Notes: generated by a model not told the origin, from the letters alone. Positions 23,331-37,682 are shown, numbered from the stretch's first letter. The stretch is DNA of 64,000 bases from Azolla caroliniana (GCA_043228905.1 JBHGNT010000022.1:5518001-5582000); one strand, 5' to 3'. A program made the numbers and translations.

Positions 23331-24279
23331 CCATGCAAAAACATCCTTATATTGGCATAATAACTTTACTAATTCATGAGCATATCCTTAGCTATTCATG
23401 AGCACCATCTTCTGTCTAGTGTCATGCCCTACAAGATTAAGTTCTTCCATTGTTGAAAGTTTTACTCTTTGAGATACTTGCATCTCTTTTTCCATTGCTT
23501 CTTGCTGATTTTACAATTCCTTCAAAGATTTAGTATCTAATTGATGAAGCTGGTCCTCTATTCCAAGATCCTCATTATTGATGTAGTGCTAATAATTTCT
23601 ACTACATCAATTTAGAACAATAGTACAATTCTTGGGTTTTCCTCTAAATATTGCTCGATTTCACTGTCTTCTAAGCTTTCCATCATATTGATCAATTATG
23701 CATACAGAGGCACCAATTTCTTTTTGGTTAATAAATTTTCTTGGGTAGAGACTCTTACTTTTTTCTTGCCTCTTTAGAATGAGATGAAATTTTTCTACCA
23801 ATTTTGCTTGATATTAGCAATTCGAAACCATGGTCGGCCAAGTAGCAATGGGTATGCCACTGGTGCATCTAACTTTAGCACTACTGCCGATATGTGAAAC
23901 TAGTGTCCCCGAATTGATACTTCTAGTCATCAAATTAGCCATATGCTCGTACTAAACTCGTTGTCGCGAAGATGCCCGTGCGTACGTGCTTCACTTGAGC
24001 AGGACCACCGGGGTCTCGAACCGGGGAGGATGTTTGCAAAATTGTCAAAAAGATGACGATCTATATGTAGGAGTTGAGCAAACTTAAAGAAATATGAGAA
24101 AGCACATTTGTTCAGTAATATACATTGGTAGGAGGGAGAAAAATACAGAGATCTCTACTATTTACATGAGGAGAAAGTCACTCTTTATAAAGGCCAAGAT
24201 CTGGCCGTTGGGCTAACTAGCTGTTGAAACTAACTAGCCGTTATAACTTTTAAACATTCTCAACACTCCCCCTCAAGAT

Positions 24280-27200
24280 GGGCGAAAAATATCCACTCAG
24301 ACCATCTTGTCACACAATCTAGTAAGACTTACTGGCCCAAGTCCCTTTGTAAGACAATCTACTACTTGATGTTTAGTAGAAACATGACTCAATTTTAATA
24401 TTCCATTATCAAGCTTTTCCTTGATAAAGAACTTGTCGATTTCGATGTGTTTGGTCCTATCGTGTTGTACCGGATTGTTGGCAATGCTGATTGCTGACTT
24501 ATTGTCACACCACAGCATCATCTGATTTTCTTGATTCACCTTTAGTTCTACTAGGAGAGTTCGCAACCATAACATCTCCGCAACTCCTATAGCAATAGCT
24601 CTATACTCTGCTTCGGCTGTTGACCTTGCTACTACTAACTGTTTCTTACTCTTCCAAGAGATCAGATTGCCTCCAACAAACATGCAGTATCCTGATGTGG
24701 ATTTCCTGTCATCAGAACAACTGGCCCAATCAGAATCACAATAGCCCTCAATGTTAAAATGACCATGTTTTCTGAAGATTAATCCCTTCCCTGGGGCACC
24801 TTTGAGATATCTCAGAATATGGTACACTGCATCCATATGATCTTTCCTCGGATCTTGCATGTAGCGACTTACCACATTTACTACAAATGAGATATCTGGA
24901 CGGGTGTGGGTCAAATAAATCAGCCAACCTACCCATCTTTGATACCTTTCACGATCAACTTTCTCTCCCGCAAGTTGAATTAGCTTGATCTTTTGGTTGA
25001 TTGGAGAAGCTACAAGCCTACAACCCAACATTCCAATTTCTTTGAGAAGATCTAGTACATATTTCCGCTGAGATAGAACAACTCCTTCTGCTCCACGAGC
25101 TACCTCAATTCCAAGAAAGTATCGTAGCAATCCTAGATCCTTCACCTCAAACTCTTTACCCAATTGCATCTTAAGTTGGGCAATTTCTCCTTCATTGTTA
25201 CCCGTGATAATTATATCATCCACATACACAACAAGCAATGTAGTATGCTCCTTGTGTTGTCGAAAGAACACTGTATGGTCTGCATTCGTCTGTTAGTATC
25301 CCATACCCACCATAGCCAGGCTCGAGGAGATTGCTTCAGTCCATAAAGTGATTTCCTAAGTTTGCAAACCTTACCTATTGTTTGAATTGTACCGAAACCT
25401 GGGGGAACATCCATGTAAACTTCCTCCATCAATTCTCCATGAAGGAATGCACTTTTACATCTAATTGATGTAATTTCCAATCCTTATTCACTGCTAAGGA
25501 AATAAGTGTTCTAACAATGCTCATCTTCGCCACAGGTGCAAAAGTCTCATCATAGTCAATGCCATATGTCTGACTATATCCTTTAGCCACCAATCGTGCC
25601 TTGTATCGATCTATTTTTCCCTCTGGGGTCTGTTTTATTGTAAACACCCATTTGCACCCAACTGCCTTCTTTCCTGGTGGTAGTGACACAATCTCCCAAG
25701 TTTTGTTCTTCTCAAGAGCTCCGAGTTCTTCTTGCATGGCTGCTTTCCATTTTGGATCTTCTTTAGCAACCTGCCAACACTTGGGTAAAGTGACAGAGTC
25801 TAATGATGCAATGAATGCTCTATGTGTAGCTGATATGTTAGAATAAGAGATAAACTGAGCAATATCATGAGGAAAACCATAACGATCAGGAGGGACCCCT
25901 GCATTACTGCGAGAGGTCCTCCTATTCTTGATAGGAGAAGGAGAGGAAATCATATGACCTGTGATTTCTAGTTTCAGGAGTTCTGTAGGTATTTCTAAAG
26001 TCGAGGCATGTCGGGACATGGAACTTGATTGCACATGTGGTGCTGAAGACGTGTTCACATTTCTGTCTTTCTACCTCCTCTTCCTTGTATACACCTTTAG
26101 CTCCCCCTCAGCTTGAGTCCCAACACATATAGGCTCCACATCTTCATTTCCTTCTTCTTCTGTACCTCCTACGCTCACTTGTTTCTCAGCTGATGTAGGG
26201 ATCAACAAAGGAATTGATCCTATTTTTAGCAACCTCTCACAATTATCTCCTTCCCTCATATTTTCAGTCTGAATTAAGTCATCAAAGGGTGAAGTTACCC
26301 CTTGTTTATAATATGGCTCTGACTCTCTGAAACGCACATCCATGCTCACAAATAATCTCTTCTCTACTGGACTCCAACAAACATAGCCTTTTTGTGTGGC
26401 AGAGTATCCCACAAATACACATTTTACAGCTTTAGGATCAAGTTTTCCTACAGATGGTCTACTGTCCTTTACAAAACACACACATCCAAACACCTTCAAA
26501 GGAAGGATTCCAAAGTTATTGCCTTGCAACAACTCAGATGGAGACTTCCACTCCAATACTCTAGAGGGCATTCTATTGATCAATGTGGCAGCCGTCAAAA
26601 CGGCCTGTCCCCACAATTGCTTTGGGACATTCATAGAAATCATCATGCTTCTCGTTACCTCTAGAAGATGTCTATTCTTCCTCTCTGCTACTCCATTTTG
26701 TTCTGGTGTATATGGGCATGTAGTTTGATGTTGTATTCCTTGATCTAAGAGGTATGCCCTAAATGTCATGTTAGCATACTCTGTTCCATTATCAGACCTC
26801 AACACTTTTACTACTGCACCATATTGAGTTTGAACTACTCTATGAAAATCTTTAAAACAAGCAAATACTGTTGGGAGACAGGTCCCTCCGGATGGGAAGG
26901 GAGAAGAACTGTGCTGATGAGCAAACTCGGCCGAGGCCGATAGGCCGAGGCCAAAACCGGATGACGAGTACCCGGCTACGGAGAGCCGGATGGTGCAGTC
27001 CCGGTGAGAACCGGATGAGGAGAACCCGGCTATGGAGAGCCGAATGGTGCAGACCTAGTGAGAACCGGATGAGGAGTACCTAGAAACGGAAGACCCGGTG
27101 AGAACCGGATGGCAAGTACCCGGCAAGCGTCGGATGATGCAGGCCCGGTGAGGAGTGCTCACCGGATGAAGAGACATATTCGTAAATATGTTTCTGAGAG

Positions 27201-29534
27201 TCCATCGAGGCTATATTTGTAAATAGCCAAAAAATCGTATCAGTATAAATATGACTTAGGGCAAACTTATTGATTGTGTGTTGTTATTCTTGTTTGCGCA
27301 AGATCAGAGCGTGTAACTATGTACAGAGAGAGAGAGAGAGAGAGAGGAAGAGGTCGTTGCCTCTGTTGTAACCGCCGCTTGTGGCGAAGATAGAAAGCTC
27401 GAGGTTGTTGCCTCGGTGCTTTACTGTTGTACACTATAACATAGTGATAGTTTGCAGCCTGTGGGCTGCCGTGGTTTTTCCCTAGTTTGGGTTTTCCACG
27501 TAAACATCCTGTGTACTCTTCTCTCACTTTTGTGTCGTGCATTCATTCACGTTTTCTGTGTTTGATTCTAAGCTCGGTTGTGGCCAAGCGTTGTTCATAG
27601 GGGAGCGTATACTTCCTGTCAAATACTTCATTCTTTTTTCTCATCAAATATAACCATGTCACACGAGAGAAGCAGTCAATGAAAGAGACAAAATATCGAT
27701 ATCCATTAATAGAACTTGTGGGACATGGTCCCCAAACATTGGAGTGTATTACATCAAATGCATGGGAACTCCTATGACCTGAACTAGCATATGAACTTTT
27801 AGTAAGCTTACCAACTTCACATGCATCACAAACAAGTTTTGTTTTATCCGCCTTTTCAAAAAGGTGTGGATACACCCGACTCAATATGCCATAAGAGGCA
27901 TGTCCCATGCGTTGGTGGTGAAGTATTAACAAGTCCTCATAACCCATTTTAGATCCCCTTACATCTATTCCCTCTACCATAGATGCTAATGCTGAATCTA
28001 GCCCTTCACGATCCAAATACCATAGCCCACTATGCCATGTGCCAGTCCCAAGTCTCCGACCTGTCCCTTTCTCCTGGAATATCACCTTGGGAATATCAAA
28101 AGAAACAACACATTTTAGTTGGTGTATGATAGAACTTATAGATAATAAGTTTACTGGGAAAGAAGGAGCATGCAACACATTAGACAATGTCACAGAGTCG
28201 GTACCTTTTACTGTACCTATACCCACTACAGGTTGTGTAGTACCGTCAGCAATTTGAATGCTTTCTGGCATTGCTAAGTGAGTATACGAGGAGAATTCAC
28301 TAGCATTACCCGTCACATGCCAAGATGCACGAGAATCAATTATCCATTTTGGTGCAGAGGCAAGAGTATTTGTGTTGCTAGTACTTGTGGCCGAATAAGC
28401 ATAGGTGACAGTGTAACCTCTTGACATGAATGAAGTATCATCTGCGGCTCTTTGCTTCCTCCTAAGTATTTCTAAGAGAGCTTGATCCTCTTCGGTGAAC
28501 ACCACCTTAGTTCCTTCCTCTTCTTTTGCGACCATCAAGTTTGCTTGGTAACCTCCTCTTGCACCTCTTCGGCCCCCTTGACCACAACCTCTAGTTTGTC
28601 CACGTCCTCCATATTCTCTCTCCTTAGATGGTTTAGGGCAAGCATTCTTGAAATGACAAGCTTCACCACAATTGTAGCATTTTTTATTTTCACTTCCGCT
28701 TGAATTTGACACCATTAGTGCCGATCGCACCCCTAGAAGTTCGGTAGTGTCAGAGAGCAGCTTCATTCTACTCTCCTCTTGTATCATAGTCGTGATTGCC
28801 TCATCAAGTGTAGGAATTTCAGCCTTGGCTAGAAGAACTGCCCTTCTTTGATCAAATGACGGGTTGAGATGTTTCAAAAATTGCATAGTTCTTCTTTGAG
28901 TAGAAATTTCCTTGCTCTTACACTGAGGATCATTGCACACTATCACAGGCGAGAAATGATCGTATTCTGCCCATAGGCGCTCCAGCTCTATGGCATATTC
29001 CGGAATCATCCTATCTCCCTGGCAAACAACATCTATCTCCTGCTCGATTTGAAATACTCTCATGTTGTTTCCCCTCCCTACATATGTCTTTTGCAATTTC
29101 TCCCATATCTCCTTCACACTTAAAATTCCATCAACTGTTGTGGCGATTGATGAAATCATGGAGTTGAGAAGCCACGTGTACAATGACATCTGCGTAGCTC
29201 TCCATGCTTTCCATTCATTGCTCGTTTTGATAGGAGGTTCTTTCTCTTCTCCCGTAAGGTAGCCGTCAAGGCTTCTCGCTGCCAAGGCACCTATAATCCG
29301 ACATGACCAGCTCAAGTATGTGGCTGGTCCATCGAGTTTGAACTCAACTGGGAGGAGTTCAAGTCGGGGTGGTGGTTGTATTCCTGTCACACCTCCAGAT
29401 GCTACAATCTCAGCCTGTTTGATGTATTTCACCAATGTTTTCACCTCATCTTCGTTCAATTTTGAGAACACATCATCCATCTTGTCAAGTTGGCCTATTT
29501 CTACTTTCCTCTTCTGATTTTTTTCCCAAGTCAC
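24280..29534 (-). pseudogene. Copia E gag-pol
   Basis: LDGPATYLSWS, zinc knuckle, WIIDS, SDNGTEY, YVDD, ARSTAEAEY; frameshifts and a solo-LTR insertion. Confidence 0.92.
26869..27621 (+). repeat. Copia-family solo LTR (753 bp) inside the copia E integrase
   Basis: TG..CA; TSD AATAC; host frame KKNEVF-ACFK is restored on removal. Confidence 0.95.
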
Positions 29535-29640
29535 CTCTCAATCACATAGCAATGTCATCACAAATGAAACAAAAAAAAATCCCCCTTTCCTCTCTTGAAT
29601 GCTAGCACAGTGCTATTCCAATCACTGTCATACTAGTAGA

Positions 29641-29721
29641 AGGGTAGATCTAGGGTTCTGCAGAGGGTAGATCTAGGGTTCTGCAGAGGACAGATCTAGG
29701 GTTTTGCAGAGGGACGGATCT
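29641..29721. repeat. About 23-bp tandem repeat, about 3.5 units, in the copia E 5' UTR
   Basis: AGGGTAGATCTAGGGTTCTGCAG units. Confidence 0.85.
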
Positions 29722-30875
29722 ATGCTCTGATACCATAAAGAAATATGAGAAAGCACATTTGTTCAATAATATACATTGGTAGGAGGGAGAAAAATACAGA
29801 GATCTCTACTATTTACATGAGAAGAAAGTCCCTCCGATCGTCATTTCTCGTCTTATGCTTTCCTTTCCTCATGGTCACCAGCCTCGACTGGGTGTCGCTG
29901 CTCGTCTACTTCGACCTCCGGCTAGGCCGGCTCAACTGCTGTCTGGATTAGTCTCGACCAATCAACATTTGGCTTGGTCGGCCTTCGTCTAGATTTGCAT
30001 TCACACGAGCCGAACTCAGACGATTAACTTCTATCCGTGTCAGTTTCCGTCCGGGTTTCGGTTGGGTCGGGCCCGGTCGATCAGCTCCCGTCTGGGTCGG
30101 CTTTCGTTCAGTTCGGAATACCAACCGCGTCATCTTCCATCCGGATTGTATTCTGGTTCTTCCTTTCTTGCCGCTCTCTAGCTCTTCATCATTTCTCCTT
30201 GTTGGCCACTGCTCCTCCATATGTGTTGGCTTTAACCCTCATCTCCTCGGTATTATGTCTCTGGAACCGGTGTGGAGGGATCCCTTCGTCTGTGGCCATT
30301 CTCCTCATCGCCATTTTGGTCCTTGGATTTCCTGTCATCAATTTCCTATCGTCACCTTCCGTCTCTCCGGTCTCACGTTGACACTCGGGCACAACTACCA
30401 AAGTCTCAAGAACAATTGTGGGGAGAACCTCAACACCATCGGTCACCGTCGACTCATCCATAGACATCTTTCCCTCAATGTTGTTATTTGCATTGACTTC
30501 AATCTTTGCTTCCCTGCCACTCTCCATCTCTTGGGTCTCATGGCGGCTCTCAGATGCAATTGCCCAAGTCTCTAGATCAAGTGTTGGGAAAGTTTCAACA
30601 CGGCCATCCGCCATGGACTCGTCCATAGCCATCTTCGACTCGATGTCATTCCTCATGGCTACCGCCTCAATCACGTCAGCCTCACACTCTTCATATCCCT
30701 TGATCACGCAAGCTTTGCTCATGCTTGCACCTTCATCACTTGATATTTCGGACACAATGTATGTTCCGAAATGCTCGTCCACTCTTAAAGAGGCATTTCC
30801 CGCTCTCGAGTCTCCAGGATTTCTCTTGACCGTCGTTCCTTTGTAAGTTGAGAAGGTGGCTTGTTCCACACCTTC

Positions 30876-31228
30876 TGTTAGGAAACAGGTCCCTCCGGAT
30901 GGGAAGTGACAAGAATAGTACTGATGAGCAAACTCGGTCGAGGCCGACAGGTCGAGGCCGAATCCGGATGTGGAGTACCCGGCTATGGAAGACCCGGTGA
31001 GAACCGGATGACGAGCACCCGGCAAGAGTTGGATGGTGATGGCGCGGTGAGAAGTGCTCACCGGATGAAGGGACATATTCGTAAATATGTTTTCTGAGAG
31101 TCCATCGGGGCTATATTTGTAAATAGCCGAAAAGTCATATTAGTATAAATATGACTTCGCGCAAACTTATGATGATGTTGTAGTGGTTGTTGTCATTCTT
31201 GTTGGTGCAAGATTAGAGCGCAACAATG

Positions 31229-31274
<46 letters not shown>

Positions 31275-34200
31275 CGAAGAGTTCGTATCTCTGTTGTAAT
31301 CGCCGCCTGTGGCAAAGATAGTGAACAAGAGGTCGTTGCCTCTATGTTCATCTATTGTATATTGTTACATAGTGATAGTTAGCAATTAGTGGACTGCCGT
31401 GGTTTTTCCCGTGTTTGGGTTTTCCACGTAAACATCCTGTGTACTCTTCTCTCCATTGTGTCGTGCATTCATTCCCGTTTTCTGTGTTTGATTCTAAGCT
31501 TGGTTGTGGCCAAGCGTTGTTCATCGGGAGCGTGTAGTCCCTGTCAAAGTGGTATCAGAGTGAAACGACACATAAAATGGACGAATCGTTGGGAGGCATG
31601 TTCAAGCTCACCGACTCCAACTATTCGGTGTGGAAGTCGAAGATGAGGGACATGCTCGTGGTTAAAGATCTTTGGTTGCCGGCTCAGTTCGGGGACAAGA
31701 GACCGGACAAAATCGTTGCCACGATATGGGAGGTGATGCACATGAAGACAACGGCGTACATACGGTGCTTCATCGACATGAGTCTATACAACAACTTCAA
31801 TGAAGAGAGCAAGGCTCATGAGCTCTGGGAGAAGATCGGCATTATGTTTCAAAACAAAAATGTTGTTAATTAGGTTTCGGTATTTCAAAAGCTAGTAAGA
31901 CTCTGGTACAAAGATGGCTCCAGCATGATGGAGCACATGAATGCCTTCTAGGGGCTGATCCACCAGGCAACATCATTGGAAGTACCTCTCGCCGACGAGG
32001 TACTAGCACTACTCCTGCTCGGTTCCCTCCCATATAGCTGGGAGACGTTGGTTGTCACTTTGGGCAACGCCGGGCCGGAAGGGAAACGGTTATCCCTAGC
32101 AAGAGTGAAGTCAAGCTTGCTAGATGAGGAGGCGCGTCAGAAAGATAAGGATACGAGCTCTGACTCCAAAGCGCTCCTTACCGAATCGGAACGCGGACGA
32201 CAAAGGAACCGTAGTCCCCAGAACCGGGAGAAGTAGGGGACATGGTCAAAGTCAAGGGGGAGGCCTACCTGCTTCTATTGCGGCAAGCTAGGACACTTCC
32301 AGAAAAACTGTCGGCACTTCCGAAAGGACAAGGAAACCGACGGCACCGATTCGAAGCAGACACCGGATCGAAACGGTAAAGACCGGAGGGGGCCGGACCG
32401 GAAGGGAACGACGGCAATTGCGGCAAGTGAAGAAGAGTTGATGCTCATCACCGATGAGAGTGAGCTAAACCTTGCCGGCGACGAGATGACCTGGGTGGTC
32501 GACTCCGGACCGTCGTTCCACCTTACCCCGGACCGGCAATACTTCTCATCGTACTCAGCCGGTGATCACGGCTATGTCCGGATGGGGAATGAAGGTACAT
32601 GCTGAATTGTCGGCATAGGAGACGTGTGGTTGACAACGCCAACCGTATGCAAGCTGTTGCTGAAGGATGTCTGACACATTCCGGAGGTTCATCTGAACCT
32701 TATATCAGCCGATCGGCTAGATGATGAAGGCTACATGGGTAGCATCCGGAACGGTGTTATGAAGTTCAACAAAGGGAGCCTGATTGTGGCTCGGGCCCGG
32801 AAGGTCAACACGTTGTACTTGATGAATGCCTGGTTATGCCCGCAAGAAGTGAACGTGGCAGCCGACACTGCCGGTGAGCTGTTGCACAAGAGGTTGTGTC
32901 ACATGAGCGAGAAGGGGATGAAGAGGCTTGCAGACGACAACCTCATTCCAGTGAAGAACGTGCACTTGGAGAAGTGCACTGATTGTCTGGCCGGTAAACA
33001 AAACAGGACCTCCTTCGGATCGAGGCCACCGATGAGACTTAATGCACCACTGGAGTTGGTGCATACTGATGTATGTGAAGTGGACACGAAGTCACACGCC
33101 GGATCGTAGTACTTCGTGACGTTCATAGATGACCACAGCCGGAAGTTGTGGGCCACACCGTTGAAGAAGAAGGATCAGGTGTTATTCGTCTTCAAAGAGC
33201 TCCACGCGAGAGTGGAAAAAGAAACCGGCCGAAAGCTGAAGGCGGTTCGAGCAAATAATGGAGGTGAATACCGGGGGCAGTTCAAGGAGTATTGTTGCTC
33301 AAAGGGAATCCGGCTCGAATTTACCGTGCCGAAGACGCCGGAACTAAACAGGCTCGCCGAGAGGATGAACCGGACCATAATGGAGAGGGTCCAGAGTATG
33401 CTGGCGCATGCAAAACTACCCAAGAAGTTTTGGGCTGAGGCACTGTCGACGACGACATATGTGATAAACAGATCAGCCTCAGTATCCTTAGACGGAGACA
33501 CGCTGCAGAGAGTTTGGACATGTAAGGAAGTGTCCTATGGACATCTGAAGGTATTTGGGTGTCTTGCGTATGTGCATGTAGCTAAGGACCAGAGAAGAAA
33601 ACTAGATCCGAAGACCCGGCCATGCATATTCCTCGGTTACGGCGACGATGAGTTCGGCTACCGAGTGTGGGACCTGGTCAACAAGAAGGTATTCCGTAGT
33701 CGAGATATTATCTTCATGGAGGACAAGACGCTCGCCAACTGGGAGTTGGAGAAGAAGATAATGAACTCCGAGTTGACCAGTAAGGATCGATTCTACGATG
33801 AGTAGACCCAACCGGCAACAGACCAGTTAACACTCGAGGAACCAATCGGTTACGGTGAGGATACCGAACTGGCAGAAGAAGAAGCAAAGGAATCTGAAAC
33901 CGGAACCGGGCAAGACCCCGAATCGGATTCGGATGAAGAGCAAATGGAGGAGCTGGTTACCGAAACCCAAAGACGGAGATATCCTCTCAGAGAGAGAAGG
34001 GCCCCCCGGAGATTCCCGGATGCAGAGCATGTGCTGCTAACCGATGAGGGGGAGCCAGAAAGCTTCGAAGCAGCGAAGGATGACACCCACAGCCACAAAT
34101 GGTTAAGTGTCATGCAGGATGAGATGGATTCCTTGCATGAGAACCATACGTACAAATTGGTGGAGTTGCCGAAAGGAAAGCGGGCACTCTGAAACAAGTG

Positions 34201-36030
34201 GGTGTACAAGTTGAAACCGGGAGATGCCGGCAAGCCCCCGAGATACAAAGCCAGGATCGTGGTGAAGGGGTTCCACCAGAAGAAGGGCGTGGAATTCGAT
34301 GAGATATTTGCCCCGGTAGTAAAGATGACCTCCATCCCGATGGTGCTTAGTATAGCGGCAAGCATGGACCTCGAGGTAGAGCAGCTGGACGTGAACACGA
34401 CATTCCTTCACGGTGACCTTGAAGAGGAGATCTACATGCAGCAACCGGAAGGATTCATGGAGAAAGGGAAGGAGCACCTGGTTTGCCGGTTGAAGAAGAG
34501 CCTGTACGGATTGAAGCAGGCTCCCCGACAATGGTACCGGAAGTTCGACTCCTTCATGACCGATCAAGGGTACCACAAGACGCAGGCCGATCACTGCATA
34601 TTTGTGCAGAAGTTCGAAGGAGGCGACTTCCTGATACTCCTTCTGTACGTGGACGACATGTTGATCGTCGAACGGAACCAAGCCACAATACGGATGCTGA
34701 AGAAGGCTCTCAACCGAACTTTCACGATGAAAGACTTGGGTCTGGCAAGACAAATGCTGGGGATGCATATCATCTGGAACCGGCCAACGAAGCAACTGTG
34801 GCTGTCATAGGAGAAATACGTGACAAAGGTGCTTCAGCGGTTCAACATGTTAGAAGCGAAGCCGGTCGGATCGACACTCCTGGCAAACGGCAGATTATCC
34901 GGTAAGCAAAGCCCGAAGATGAAAGCAGAGAAGGCTGATATGATGAAGGTTCCATATGCCTCTGCCGTCAAGAGCTTGATGTACGCAATGGTGTGTACTC
35001 GACTGGATATTGGATACGCAGTCAGGGTGGTGAGCCAGTTTATGAGCAATCCCGGCAAGGAGCACTGGAACGCGGTCAAATGGATACTCCGGTACTTGAA
35101 GGGCACTTCAAATATGTGTCTCCAATTCAGCTCCGGAAAACCTCAACTTGACAATTTTACCGATTCGGATATGTCGGCTGATGTGGATACCAGCCGGTCT
35201 ACATCCGGGTATGTAATGACATATGCAGGAGGAGCTGTTTCGTGGCAGTCGAGGCTGTAGAAGACGGTTGCGTTGTCAACCACGGAGGCGGAGTACATGG
35301 CGGGTGTGGAAGCCTGCAAGGAAATATTATGGATGAAGGACTTCATCGGAGAGCTCGGTATCCGGCAAGATGAATACCGGCTCTATTGCGACAGTCAATG
35401 TGCCATCCACCTGGCTAAGAATGCGGCCTACCATTCCCGGACAAAGCATATCCAGCGAAGGTATCACTAGATCCGAGAAAGAGTAGATGACCAGGAGTTC
35501 GCGCTGACGAAGATCCACACGGCCGAGAACGGGTTAGATATGTTGACCAAAGTACTGATACCCGACAAGCTGGATGCATGCCGGAAGTGAATCAGACTAG
35601 TAAGACATCCCATGCCGGAGTGAAGGGGGAGTTTGTTAGGAAACAGATCCCTCCGGATGGGAAGTGAGAAGAATAGTACTGATGAGCAAACTCGGCCGAG
35701 GCCGATAGGTCGAGGCCGAATCCGGATGTGGAGTACCCGGTTACGGAAGACCCGGTGAGAACCGGATGACGAGTACCCGGCTACAGAAGACCCGGTGAGA
35801 ACTGGATGACGAGCACCCGGCAAGAGCTGGATGGTGAAGGCCCGGTGAGAAGTGCTCACCAGATGAAGGGACAAATTTAGGAAATATGTTTTTTGAGAGT
35901 CCGTCGGGGCTATATTTGTGAATAGCTGCAAAGTCATATTAGTATAAATATGACTTAGGGCAAACTTATGATGATGTTGTAGTGGTTGTTGTCATTCTTG
36001 TTGGTGCAAGATTAGAGTGCAACAGTGTAC

Positions 36031-36061
<31 letters not shown>

Positions 36062-36339
36062 AAGAGACGAAGAGTTCGTATCTCTGTTGTAACCACCGCC
36101 TGTGGCGAAGAAAGTGAACAAGAGGTCGTTGCCTCTGTGTTCATCTATTGTATATTGTTACATAGTGATAGTTAGCAGTTAGTGGACTGCAGTGGTTGTT
36201 CCCGTGTTTGGGTTTTCCACGTAAACATCCTGTGTACTCTTCTCTCCATTGTGTCGTGCATTCATTCCCGTTTTCTGTGTTTGATTCTAAGCTTGGTTGT
36301 GGCTGAGCGTTGTTCATCGGGAGCATGTAGTCCCCGTCA
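30876..36339 (+). mobile_element. Copia F: full-length element with many premature stops
   Basis: LTRs 30876-31546 and 35634-36339; TSD CCTTC; PBS 31550-31560; PPT. Confidence 0.95.
31577..35623 (+). pseudogene. Copia F gag-pol
   Basis: All domains collinear with copia C; multiple TAG and TGA stops. Confidence 0.93.
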
Positions 36340-36344
36340 CCTTC

Positions 36345-37246
36345 TCCCGTGGTACTGTCGTACCAAACGTAGGCCTTCGTATTGGTTGCATCCTTACTCC
36401 ACCTTTGTCGGGAGGTCTCTTCTTCCTTGATCACTATTTGAATCGGTTTTAGTTCCATTATAAGACTTGCACCTTTAAACTCTCATATGCCTCCTTTACG
36501 AAGGCCTCTATGTCGAGAACTGTCGAACCTTCCCTCTTCAAGCTCTCTTCTTTAGGTGGTAGTTTGTAGTCACATCCTGTCCTCCTTTCACTATCCCTCT
36601 TGGGTTCTATTGTTGCCGATGAGAATCTCGTCTTCGTCTTATTGTGTAGTCAACATACTCTTTCCACTTTGGTCCAATCCTCGGTAAGGTCATTTGCACA
36701 GTCATCTTCTTCGAGATTGAGTTCGATGGTCATCCTTTGCCTTTGATCGATCGACTTCACGAACAATAAGACCTTATCCACCCCCACCAATCTTTGTTCC
36801 CGCTCCGAGAGTTGAGCAAAATGATGCTCAATCTCTAGGAACGCGTATATGGCACTTTGTTGGGTCTTTATTGATGATAGCCATTGGTTGAACTCGGGCA
36901 GACCTCGTCCCTTCGGTTTCTTGTATCCGTATGCCTCCAATAGAGCTACCTCAAAGGACATGGATGAGTCGTGAGCTTCTTGAAGCTCTTTCACCTCTTT
37001 GTAGATTGGTTCAGCCACCACCCGACCAAAGAACTCCAGCCTCATAGCTTCGTTCACACCGCTCGAATCCATCTCGGCATTGTAGACTTTTAGAAAATAT
37101 TGGACTTTTGCACCGTTGAAATAGCCAACTCGCTCAACCATGCTCTCGACGACTTGTTGGGCCATATCTCGTCGTTTCCCTTCTCTCGAAAATTCCATCA
37201 TCATCTTTGACATTGTCTCCATGAGATATTCTTCGTCCATCTTCAT
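36345..37246 (-). pseudogene. Gypsy G gag region
   Basis: FNGAKVQYFL..VDKVLLFVKSID, homologous to gypsy B gag. Confidence 0.8.
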
Positions 37247-37682
37247 CCTCCCCTGCCGCTCTTCACATCGGGTTCACCAAAAGATGTCACGAAGATGCGC
37301 GTGAGTGCATGCTTCGCTTGAGTGGGACCACCGGGGTTTGGGACTGGGGAGGACGTTCATGAAATTGTCGAAAAGATGATGATGTGTATGTAGGAGTCGA
37401 AGAAACTAATGTCACACTTGAGAAGATCGAAGATTTTTATACTTGAGAAGAATATAGATGTCAAGAAGAAGAATAAGAACAATATTATATTATTATTGAT
37501 GATGATGATGATGATCTCCAAATTGATCCCCCTCACACAAGCCCAACTAGAGGCTTTTATAGGTTTCTCCATGCTTGTGACATGCACAAAACCATGGGCT
37601 AAAACCATGGTTTTGTGCACACGGTTTTGCTTATGACATACACAAAAGCATGGGCTTATACAAAATCTAAAGCACTTAGTAG

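Larger units (their letters stand above)
24085..29830 (-). mobile_element. Copia E: Ale/Retrofit-type element with 181-bp LTRs; 5' LTR truncated
   Basis: 3' LTR 24085-24265; 5' LTR remnant 29736-29830; iMet PBS abuts the LTR; PPT; AT-rich pol. Confidence 0.88.
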
